A stretch of DNA of 64,000 nucleotides. Source: Antedon mediterranea. Taxonomy: Eukaryota > Animalia > Echinodermata. The stretch lies in the NCBI RefSeq assembly GCF_964355755.1, contig NC_092673.1:23805648-23869647 (forward strand), written 5' to 3'. Positions within the stretch are counted from its first letter, which is position 1; each line of letters begins with the position of its first letter. Shown in pieces: positions 52,260-64,000 of the stretch. The position numbers and the translations under genes were made by a program. Below the pieces are notes generated by a model that saw only the letters and a program-made list of their open reading frames with translations, made no database searches and was not told the DNA's origin.

Positions 52260-53761
52260 ATGATGGTCTGGTTGAGTTTAGCCTTGACGTGTGTTATTGG
52301 TCTCTTCTTGGAACCTATTCAAACACATGGAGCACCTGAAATCCAGGTAAGACTGTAGATATAATAGGATGCATACAATGTTAGGCCTTTATGGGATGCT
52401 CAATTAAAAGAGGGGCCTATTATTATTATTATTATTATTTTATTTATATAGCGCTTTTCCAAATTAGTATAAAATGATCAAAGCGCTTTACATCAGCGCA
52501 CCCAACAATGAGTTACTTCTTAGGAAATAGATGTGTTTTGAGGGCTTATGAAAATAGAATCTGATTGGTCAAAATGGCATAACATGACATGTTATATTTC
52601 CCTACCAGGGCAATATAATAATAATAAAAATAATATAATAATGCTATATTGCCCAGGTAGTAGTGCAATATAATCACATAAGAAAAATATACTATAATTG
52701 CCTCAGGAATGTCAAATGTTGTATGTCACCATAAACAGCACTGAATATTTTCATATTAAAAAAAAAATCCATTGGAACCCCTTTTTACAATCAATTATAC
52801 TGTAAAAAGAATACTAATACTGTAGTTTGAATCTTATTAACCAGATATTCTGTAAAGTGCAAAAACAAAAATAATTGTACCTCCATCTTAATGGCAGTAA
52901 AATCATTAAGAACAATGTATATTGTGTAATATATATGTATTTTGAATTGCTTTTGTATGTATTATGTATGTTTGTTTATGTTTTACTATATTATTGTTTT
53001 TTTCTTTCCCTTCTCTCCATTTTTAGCAGCTTGATTTATTTTTAAAAAAAAACTTTCTTTCATAGAGTTTAGAGAGAGGACATGGTAAAAAAGGAAGCTT
53101 CAAGGGAACAGAGGGAGGAAACCACATAAACCAACCAGTAATCGCACTCAAGTACCATGATGATCCTATCATTCACACCGATCCTTTAAAAATTGAAAAC
53201 AAACATCAAAGTGAATCCTCATACACAAGCAATGAGAGTGGTTTCTCTGAGGGAAGTAGTGAAAGTGGTGGCTCTTTCTCCGGTAGCGAGGATTCATCTG
53301 ACGGCAGTAATGGCAGTGGTTCCTCCTCAGAAAACAATGAGAGCGGTGGTTCCTACTCTGGTTCATCCTCTGGAGGAAATAGCTACAGTGGTGGATCTTC
53401 TGGTGAAAATGATGGTTCTGGAGGAAGTAATAGTGATGGGTCATTTTCTGGTTCAATGTCAGAAGGAAGAAGTGATAGTGATGGTTCCTTCTCTCAAGAA
53501 AGTAATAGTGAATCTTTCTCTGGTTCCACATCAGATGAAAGAAGTGAAAGTGACAACTCCTCTGAGGAAAATGGTTCTTCCAATTCAGGCAGTAATTCTT
53601 TCTCTGAGAGTGCCGGTAGTGATAGTGGTGGTTCAAATAGTGAAAGTTCCTCTGGTGAGAGTAGCATGTCTTTTATGAAGTCTGACATTAATCACATATC
53701 ACCAGTAAAAAAATATGAAAAACATCTCGTAAAGCTCTTAAAACCAGTATCGACCAAATAA
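52260..53761 (+). CDS. Secreted Ser/Gly/Glu/Asp-rich low-complexity protein, 260 aa, 2 exons (52260-52346, 53066-53761)
   Basis: Exon 1 MMVWLSLALTCVIGLFLEPIQTHGAPEIQ (signal peptide) with donor cag|gtaag; acceptor ttcatag|; phase 0. Exon 2 is a 231-codon open frame that contains ORF 53456-53761. aataaa at 53991. Confidence 0.82.
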
Positions 53762-54586
53762 CTAGAGAAGTTCTTGATGTTAATCAAATATCATAACATG
53801 ATTTGAAATAATAATTTTAAAGAAAATTCATTTGATACCTGCAGCAAATGTTTACTTAAGAACTGTTCATCTTGATAAAATTCAATGGAATTGACTGTTG
53901 AAATTGTTACAAATTTGAATAATAATTGAAGTTTATTATCATCTAATTATTAGCGTAGTTCAATATTGTTGTATTAATAATGTGTATACCAATAAATATG
54001 TGCATAGTGAAAAATAATTGTATTCATTGTTAATATTGTTTATTGCTAAATCCATTCATGGCAGCTGCACTGTTTTCATAGTGCAAATGGTCAATTTGAG
54101 CTTACAAACAATACACAGCATCTGTAATTTTTTCAATTACTTCAAATGATCAAAATGATGAATGACGCTCAAAGCAACGTATGAATTAATGAATTAATGA
54201 ATTAATGAAAAGAAGATCTGAGGTCACACAATCAGTCAGTCAGTCAGACTTTCTTACAAGGGTGTCTTTTATGAAAGGCGATTGTATATTTGGAGGTTTT
54301 AGGGTTAGTTATTTACCCAGGCAAGTTGATGACCTACACACCAAAGTTAATACTAACTGGTCCATGAAGCCAACTTTCCCGCGTAGATAACTAAAGCCTT
54401 TATATAAAAAATCTGTGATATATATCAAACCAACAAAATACAATACTGTAATGTAATCAAACATTTTATGGCAGACATTCAATGAACAAGTCATTAATTA
54501 ACAATTTAATTTTTAAATAATTTATTTTACTATTTATTATCAACAAAATCAAAACATATTTAATACATAATGTCAGTATTTAATAA

Positions 54587-57500
54587 TCATTTGTCTGATT
54601 TATTTAATGTCTTCAGAAGTTCTAACCCTTTGTCCAGTGTACTCTCCTCCTGCAAAAAAAAAGTATTTTAAAATCTATTAAAGAAAATAAAGAACAGAAA
54701 TCTCCCTTTTACACTCCAACGAATAAAATAAAACTGTTCCATGTTCTTTTTACACTGATATAAATGTACAGTATCTGTAATGTTAATCATGGGCTGCTGG
54801 TTCTGGCTTAGTCGATGTACCCAGGAAAGTTGGTTCTTACCACCAAAGTCAGCAAATAGCTGAAACTACTTACCTGGGTAAATGAAAAGCCTGAACATAG
54901 TCAAAATGTCACTACTTGTATGCATAATAGTACAGGAGAAACATACTAAAGTACAAATGAGTAAGGGTAAATGGGCAGTGAGGGAAGATGAGGGGAGAGA
55001 AGCAGCTAATATAAAATGCTTTCTTGTCGTTATATCTCATAATTTATTTTAATAGCACTAGAAAAACATAATCACATCGCAACAAAATAAATCATCATTT
55101 TACACAGCATTTTTGTAATTATTTTTATTTGTATTGCAATGTGTAAAATGTTTCCATATTTATGTTTATTTTGCGAACTTGAATTAACAGTTTATACATA
55201 CCCTGACAAAACAAATTCTAATATATTTCTCTCCAATATATTTATGATCGTCACTAAAAAATGAGCTGGTAGGAATTGTAGCTACACCCTGCGAAATAAA
55301 AAAAAACAAGATTTAGATGATGATCCAGAAACCTACATATTTTTAAGTCTTTAAATATAAATTTATGGCAACATTTCAACTTATATCAATTGAAATGTCG
55401 AGAAACTCAACAGTTCTATTCAGAACTATATATATGTGTTGTACCGCAAACTTTATATCGACATATTGATTTCGCCATGCAAACCTTCAAACAATATATT
55501 ATTATTATTATCAACTTGAGGATGCATATTGTCTCCTTTAAACACATATTAAATACCCTATACAACATTGCTATACTTTCAATACCTTGTTTATTAAAAT
55601 GTTTTGGTAATTTTTGCTTGTAAATGTGTAATAAATAATAAATTGAAAAAATACCAAGGAAGCCAATAATTCTTTTTTATAAACCTGTTCTAAAAATTAT
55701 TTTGAATGTCATTTTTAATATTTTTATGCAAATTCACATTGATTTTGGTTTAAAAACGTGTATGAGCATTAAAAAAATTGTTCTGAAATAAAACCCCAAC
55801 ATTCTCTGCTTTCTAATTTTCATGTTTGCACAATATTGGGCACAATTCAGAAAAAATTAATCTACAAGCTTTTAAAAGAATAACCATGATAAATAAAATA
55901 TTTAAGACATACCACATTTTTTGTTAGCCATCGAACAAATTTATAGTCCCTTTTGTCAGAGGTTCCATCATCAAAATCAATATCTAGATTTGTTGAAAAT
56001 AATGAAAAGGGGAGGTAGAAAGTTTTGAAAAATTAAAGGTGTACATCTATATATAAATTTACGAAGGGCAAAATTCGGTAAATTGCGCCTTACTTCTAGA
56101 ATTTTTACTCGATGGTATATAAAGTTGGTTCGTACTTTTGGTACTGATTTTAACCACCTGATGTAACCCTGTTTACTAATTAAATTAAGTTAGATAATTA
56201 GTTATTGACAATTAAAACGAATTTAGGTTCAACGATTTGCCCCAAATAGGGGTGTTTTCCGATCGTGGTATACACTGTCTAATGGATGTCCATCTTGAAA
56301 AATACCCGCCACAAAAATGCGAGGAGGCTTCGCATTTTCCTATCTTCTCCTACGATAATTGTTTTTAATAGCTGAAAACTGGTTGAACAACTAGAGTACA
56401 GCATCATAATGTTGAAGACAGGCCGATTTTCTTTAAAAAAATACTATTTTGATAGATTTAATATGATTATACAAATGTATTGATTTGCGATGAATGGAAC
56501 ATCCCAGAGTTTGGTTTAACACAAGTAGGTAAATTTATGAGCCCTTGGTTTAATACATACGGTAGGTAAATATATGGGCCCTTTGAGAATAAACTTGCAA
56601 TACTTTGACAATACTGTAAATACCTATTAACTATTTTTGGTCCTCATTTGAATCGAACATTTCTTACTGTGAATGTTCGTACTGTTAGATGTAATATAAA
56701 AATATATACAAATAACCTTTATTACTGAGATTGTGGTTAGGCTCTACTGTTAAATATATAAACACATTATTATATATTATAGTCCTGCGGTACGTACATT
56801 TGAAATCGCCAGTTTTGTTACGCTGAAATTACTGTGTATTCGAGAACCATCTGTGCGCACGACCTAGATATATACACAAATAAATAGTTTGCGTGTAATT
56901 TAAACTTACTTATTTTAGACACATCAGCAAGGACAAAATATCCTCCATCAGGAACTATAGGTTCTAATCCGATTTCTTTCAAAACTAAGCAAATTTTGTC
57001 TCGTTTCTTTTCCATTTCTTCTGCCAATGACGTCAAATAACAGTCAGGTTGGTCAAACCTTGCTAGTTCCATTTCTAAACCAACTGCTATTGCTTCCTAA
57101 AATAATAATTAAAATTCTTTTACTAAACTTCTTTAAGCAGGTTTATTTATAAACATGGTTGTCATATCATTGCAAAAATAACCTCCTAAATGGGCCAAAA
57201 CCTTCCAGAATCGTCTTCTGCTATGATATCCATTGCAAAAATAAGTAGGCCACTTCCAGCCTGTTAGTAGTTGTTACCTGCAGTGGTGTGGGACAGGAAC
57301 AAACTGAATGATGATTAACTACACGTAACCCCTCCATTAGGTTCTCTGGTCCAATGGCCCATCCAAGCTAAATTGAATCGAGATAGGTAATTATATGGGT
57401 ATGATTTCTATATAAAAATAAAAAGTAGTATTATTAATTTGTCTCAGAAGTGAAATTTTTTTTAAACAAATCATGATTTGGGTGCTGGCATGAACTTTCA

Positions 57501-60500
57501 TTTTCTCCATTTAAAACAACTATCTTTCACTTGTTTTTCAGTGATTCAAGACTTTCAATCTTTTGCGCTTTTACAAAACAAACTATTAGTATGATATTTT
57601 GTTTAGTGAAACTAATGAATCTAAAAAAGTGCATACAACTAATTATATTAAGATGATTTGCTTGGAATAGTGTAACTAAAACTAAAATTGTTTGTAATTT
57701 AAGAATGTATCGTACATTTGATATTAGGCTAAAGGTTAGATCATGTGATAAATGTGAGAGTGGACCACAAAATATGACTCCTTTCTCATTGGTACCTCTT
57801 AAGTTCTGTTTACACTATCCAACTAGTTTGACAAGTATGATGTGCCCATATATGACATAATGTTGGCATATGGGCACAGCACATTTTGTTGTCACATAAA
57901 GTTTGACAGTGAGACAGAGCTTTACCTTCCAACCTGTTGCACAGAAAATTTTCCCTGCACTGCTTATAGTAATAGTTCGTTCCCACATGCCTGGTAAAGA
58001 TGCTAAAAACAAGAAAAAAACACATATTTTATTTGCTTGTTTTCATCATTATACCATTCAAGAGTCCTGTTCCCACTTCTGTGTTAGGCCCTTGGCCCAT
58101 ACTGTAGATTCCTCTTGCACAAATTACTAACTTATCTTATGTAACTCTTTCACAATTACTGAACAGTGTCTAGACATTGTCGTTTTAATGGATAATAATA
58201 ACAATAAAAAAAAAATTATACTAATAACAATAACAACATTAAAAACAATAATAATAATTACAGTATAAACATTTATATTGTGGTAATTCCTGAAATGTGT
58301 TAATGACATAAATGTATAAGGTCTCATTGTCATTATAGCTAGGATTTGTTACGATTCATTGTAGCACTCCCTCATCAGTCATTACACCGCTCGGGAATCA
58401 CAAGTATGAAGACGCTATAGTTCTTAAAATTATACCGATTAATAGATCATGTATGTAGTGTTTGATTCTTTACCAATTCTTTCATGTTTATTTCCTGTGT
58501 ATATCATCCATTCGTAGACTTCATCGCTGATGCAGATGACATCATGTTTCTTGCATAATCCAGCTATCATTGTTAATTCATCTTTTGTAAAAACCTGAAG
58601 AAGAAACAAGAAATATTATATTACTATCACACAATATATTCTTATTTTACTCTAGGAAATATACCCACCCAGCCTATGTGTTGAAAATTGGTAGTGATAT
58701 GCCCAAATATGGTAGTGATATGCCCAAATATGGTAGTGATATGACATCACCATGTCCATATATGGGCAAATCACATTTTTTTGTCACATAAAGTTTGATA
58801 GTGTAGACAAGGCTTTAGGAGATTACTTGACTGTCAAAAAAGACATTGATTCCAAAACTACAACAACTTGTCAGCTTGTACACAAAAAACATTTTCAACC
58901 CAAGAAAATATGTAAAATATAAAAAATAAAATATTATACTTCATTAATATTCTTAGACTTGTGGTGGCTTCTAAATGATTTTGAACCCTTAAAAAAAGCC
59001 TCAAAACATAGCTGTATTGTGAAAAATTTCAAATAATGTAAAGTACATCTATACAATTAACATCTGCACTCTACATGTATTGTGGACAGTGTAGTGTAGT
59101 TCAGTGAAAAATACAGATATTTCAGTAAATATTACCTTGCCTATTGGATTATGTGGATTATTCAAAATAATCATTTTTGTTTTATCAGTAAACAGAGCTG
59201 AAAATTCAATTTGATCCAATATCCAGTTTTGTGCACTTTTGGCATTTTCTTTCTATATTGAAAAAAAAAACAACATCATCTGTATTTTTAGTAACATTTA
59301 ATAAACCAGAAATGTATTTAAAAAAAGACACATATTTTATACATATTACATTTTGGCGTAATTATTTTACATAATTGTATTAAATATCATTATTTTATTT
59401 AATACATAAATTATATATCACATATATTATCCACTTATATAAAATACGGTATATTGAGTACGATATTCAGTACTTACTGGCTTTAATGGGATATACTTTG
59501 GAACACCACCAGCCAGTAAAACCATTGGTTTGTAGCAATCAAAGAAGGGCTCAATGATAATTACCTATAAGAAAAAAGATATTCATTTTAATACTTTGTG
59601 TGTTAAACCATGGAACAAATTTCTGTTAATTTCAGTTTAAATAACTGACAAATAAATATACTATGACTATAAATGAGAGATAAAGATTTGGTATCAGTGA
59701 TAACATTAAAGAACATTCTAATCTGCTAGTCTATGATAAAGCACTGTTGTTTTCAAACAAACACGCTCTTTGAACATCATGTCTCTTGGGAATAAACTAG
59801 TAGTATCATAAGTCATGGAGGAAATCCTCCATGTATAAATCAAGGATAAAACATACCCATGTATAAATTGTATGATCGGTCTGATTGAAATGTATGTTCT
59901 TTAAGTTAAGTACACATGAGCCAGACGTGGACCTCCAAGTCCTATCCAAGAATACCTTTTTTTTTATTACATTAAATAGTACAATCAATACTCTTGCTAG
60001 CAGATAGGTTTTTTTTATAAATATTTGTACTGTATAATAAATCAAATCTTATATAACTGTTTCTAATTAAAATTATGTTGCTCTTTTGATATAAAACAGT
60101 TTATCTAAATAATTAGTATTTTGTTGGATTTTAACTTAGTGAGTTACGTCAAACACATTACACGCTACTTGCCTCATCTCCTGGGTTTACAAGACCCATG
60201 ATGGAGTTAAAGAGCGAACCATAAGCACCAATTGTTACTAATATTTCTTTTGTTGGCTCAATAGTACGGTTCTGAATGTTACCATACAACGCAGCTATCG
60301 CATTGATAAGTCTTGGATGACCCTGAATGAATGAGACAAACAGATAGACCTGTCGAGAGTTCAACTTTTAGTTTTACACATAAAAATAACAAAGTTGAAT
60401 GTACTCACACATGTATACTGTATATAGCCTACTGGTGGACAAAAGGGTCAACATTATAAATCAAATTCCTACAGTATGTATACTGGTACATAAAGAAAAA

Positions 60501-60627
60501 ATGTAAAATAAAGAAATATTATACTGACAAACGCCCGTGTAGCCTGGTTCATGTAGGGGTTATCATGAGCCGTAGCGTACTTTAAGGCCTCTACAACATG
60601 GTCTGGTGGTGCAATATCTGGAATCCC
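54587..60627 (-). CDS. Kynurenine--oxoglutarate transaminase / cysteine-S-conjugate beta-lyase (KYAT1/KYAT3-like), N-terminal exon(s) not located
   Basis: Exons 60529-60627, 60173-60322, 59478-59564, 59136-59252, 58474-58594, 57926-58002, 57278-57367, 56910-57096, 55913-55983, 55202-55288, 54587-54649 (382 aa, phase-consistent). Motifs [35 protein letters not shown] (PLP lysine), TGWKLGW, PDGGYF, IRICF. Confidence 0.92.
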
Positions 60628-62504
60628 CTAAAAATATTAGTACATTTCTTTATTTCTATAAACATATACTAGAACAGAAATGTAAAGCAGCAATCCAGCC
60701 AGTTAGTGTATTTAACTAAAAGCTGCATTAGGTTGAATGTTATTTTGAATAAGTAGCTGACTTATTTGCTGTTTAAGGTCAAGGTCAATATTGATCTAGC
60801 TTTTTAAGCACAGTTTATACATGGAGTTTTATATATATTGAAGACTTATGGTTTATTTGACTAAAATCGTATATGAATGTTATCCAATATAAATAATTAT
60901 TTGCCGTAGAAGTACTGTAACTAGGTCAACATGGGTCCAGTTTGTCAACCATATACAGTAGTTCATATTTTTTTTTAAAGTTGTTTAATTTAATTTTGAT
61001 ATGGAACAATGAACTATACGATGGCGGTTTATTTGAATAAAATAACTCGTATCTAACTCTCCTATTATTACTTTTGTTCAAGTAAATGTACATTTATAGG
61101 TATGTATTATAAATATTTGTTTCTTGGGGTTTTCTAAATATCATTTTATTATCGTTTTTATACGATTTTTTTAAAGAAATTTTATTTAAAAATTTTATTT
61201 TTTTTAATTCATACATTTCATAAATAAAAATAAATCATACAAATATTCATTATACATCATTTTACAGGAAATTTAATAAGGAATATTTGTTTTTAGAAAC
61301 ATATTTTCATACATTTATAATAAAATGATGAAATTACTGTTTTAAAAATGTCAACTCCCTGGAGTACTATAAAAATGCTGTTCTGAAAAGAATTCGGTTG
61401 AGGGGAAATGGCTCTCTCTAGGGAATTCGGTACTAAGAGGGTTAAGACTAGGACACAGTGACTGTAGCAGTTTACATTAGGCGCAGGAGCCCCGGATAGC
61501 GTTACGTTTGAAAACCCCAAAAAGTGAGGTTTTCAACCATTAGCGGCATGACTGATGTGAGTGATTAATGTGTTTTATGGACGGTTTCAAGGACTATCCT
61601 ACCAGTGGGCTGTTCACTGGTCAAATGATTGACACTTTGTATCACCGTTTGTAACTGGAGCTGTGACGACCTTTGTAACTGGAGCTGTGACGACCTTGCA
61701 AGAATACTAGGCCAGAATTTTTAATTGAAAAGTGCCTTGGTATTAACATGGAGATGGAAACACATTTTTCTATCTTTCTTTCTAAAATAAATGGTCACTA
61801 TAGTTTCAAACTAGGCTTCTAGTCCACCACATTAGTAATTACGAATCGAAACCTAAATTAAAATTGTTGGTATTCTTTGGCCGTTGTTTGATTAATTACA
61901 TCTTCATGCCATGTTTTTTTTTCTAATGATTTGGCGACGCTCCTATATTAATTAGGCCTACTAGCAGAGGGTTCGATGAGTTTTGAAAAGTTATGGAAAA
62001 GTGGTCTAACATATAGCAATTCAGTTTTTTAAGGCCCTTCTTCCATGTCCGAGCCTTTGGAAATATTAAAAAGTTATATTAATATAATATATTCTGTGTT
62101 TTCATGTTTTGAGAAATTGTATATCATTTCAGATGTTTCGCGCTGCGTTTTTATTTGTTTCGCGCTTCGTCTTGTTGGCAAAAGTAACCTCGACTTCCGC
62201 TCGAGCTTTCTCCGTACATACCGATGATTATTCATTTCATTTTTTGTACATTATTAAAAAATAGCATACAGAACCCTATACGGAACATACCCTGCTCTGA
62301 GAAAACACTTGTGGGCGATTCCCCGAATACGACATGATGGAATAGCTTTGGAGACTTTGACTTTGGAGTAAATCGAAACGTCGAGCAACTCAACAGTTCT
62401 TTTCAGAACTAATATACGTGGTGTACCGCAAATTTATATCAACAAATATGTAACTTGTTTAGCACGTCTAAAATGGATAGCAAAACATATTCAAAATAAA
62501 AAAC

Positions 62505-63990
62505 CTGAATTATTTCAAACAGACAGCACATTAGTTCAAACAGATAGCACAATAGATAGCACAATCAAATGGATATAACTGTACTGTACATTATTCTATA
62601 AGAATTATCGGGTAGCACATTCTTTCAAATGGATAGCACATTATTTCAAATGGATAGCACATTGGGTAGCACAATCAAATGGATATAATTGTACTGTACA
62701 TTATTCTATAAGGATTATCGGGTAGCACATTCTTTCAAATGGATAGCACATTATTTCAAATGGATAGCACATTATTTCAAATGGATAGCACATTGGGTAG
62801 CACAATCAAATGGATATAGTACTGTACATTATTCTATAAGGATTATCGGGTAGCACATTCTTTCAAATGGATAGCACATTATTTCAAATGGATAGCACAT
62901 CAGGTAGCACAATCAAATGGATATAATTGTACTGTACATTATTCTATACGGATTATCGGGTAGCATTATTTCAAATGGATAGTCACATTATTTCAAATGG
63001 AAGGCACATTAGGTAGCACAATCAAATGGATATAGTACTGTAAATTATTCTATAAGGATTATCGGGTAGCACATTCTTTCAAATGGATAGCACATTCTTT
63101 CAAATGGATAGCACATCAGGTAGCACAATTAAATGGATATAATTGTACTGTACATTATTCTATACGGATTATCGGGTAGCATTATTTCAAATGGATAGTC
63201 ACATTATTTCAAATGGAAGGCACATTAGGTAGCACAATCAAATGGATATAATTGTACTGTACATTATTCTATACGGATTATCGGGTAGCACATTCTTTCA
63301 AATGGATAGTCACATTATTTCAAATGGATAGCACATTCTTTCAAATGGATAGCACATTCTTTCAAATGGATAGCACATTCTTTCAAATGGATAGCACATT
63401 ATTTCAAATGGATAGCACATTAGGTAGCATAATCAAATGGATATAATTGTACTGTACATTATTCTATAAGGATTATCGGGTAGCACATTCTTTCAAATGG
63501 ATAGTCACATTATTTCAAATGGATAGCACATTATTTCAAATGGATAGCACATTGGGTAGCACAATCAAATGGATATAGTACTGTACATTATTCTATAAGG
63601 ATTATCGGGTAGCACATTCTTTCAAATGGATAGCACATTAGGTAGCATAATCAAATGGATATAATTGTACTGTACATTATTCTATACGGATTATCGGGTA
63701 GCACATTCTTTCAAATGGATAGCACATTAGGTAGCATAATCAAATGGATGTAATTGTACTGTACATTATTCTATAAGGATTATCGGGTAGCACATTCTTT
63801 CAAATGGATAGTCACATTATTTCAAATGGATATCACATTATTTCAAATGGGTAGCACAGTCAAATGGATATAGTACTGTACATTATTCTATACGGATTAT
63901 CGGGTAGCACATTCTTTCAAATGGATAGCACATTATTTCAAATGGATAGCACATTGGGTAGCACAATCAAATTGAGCACATTGGGTAACA
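62505..63990. repeat. Hierarchical tandem satellite (21-bp monomer runs separated by an about 65-bp unit, about 12 higher-order units)
   Basis: tttcaaatggatagcacatt(a/c) repeated 1-5 times, alternating with ggtagcacaatcaaatggatata(att)gtactgtacattattctata(a/c)ggattatcgggtagcacatt. Confidence 0.93.
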
Positions 63991-64000
63991 CATGGGAGCC

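Noticed and set aside
53169-53688. ORFs 53169-53636 (-), 53193-53678 (+) and 53494-53688 (-) as separate proteins
   Set aside because: They are shadow frames of the Ser-rich exon; only the 53066-53761 frame links to a signal-peptide exon.
56034-56590. Possible Kolobok-like element starting ttaaaggtgtac
   Set aside because: No convincing matching right TIR or TTAA was found.
62505-63990. CRISPR-like repeat/spacer alternation and ORF 63252-63446
   Set aside because: The apparent spacers are themselves near-identical repeats, and the FQMDSTF ORF is a by-product of the 21-bp period.

Overview
This is AT-rich eukaryotic (metazoan) genomic DNA. A marine invertebrate such as an echinoderm is my inference from the repeat repertoire; nothing here looks prokaryotic. 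The window has two halves. (1) 1-33.8 kb is a dense mosaic of short, deletion-riddled transposon fragments: DIRS, BEL/Pao, Ty3/gypsy, Ty1/copia, L2/CR1 LINEs, CACTA-like, Sola, Harbinger, Kolobok-like, pogo-like and Helitron, plus orphan BEN and HECT domain relics. Essentially every recognisable coding relic lies on the + strand, which is the signature expected of a flamenco-like uni-strand piRNA cluster transcribed leftwards from about 34 kb (inference). (2) 35-64 kb is genic. It holds a 16-coding-exon NRF-6/OACYL-like acyltransferase gene (+) whose last 10 codons and stop form the first unit of a 30-bp minisatellite; a 2-exon gene for a secreted Ser/Gly/acidic low-complexity protein that the ORF track only partly captures (+); and a 5'-incomplete kynurenine aminotransferase-like gene (-) with a GC-AG intron and active-site substitutions. 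A hierarchical satellite ends the window. All family assignments come from motif recognition by eye, not database searches.
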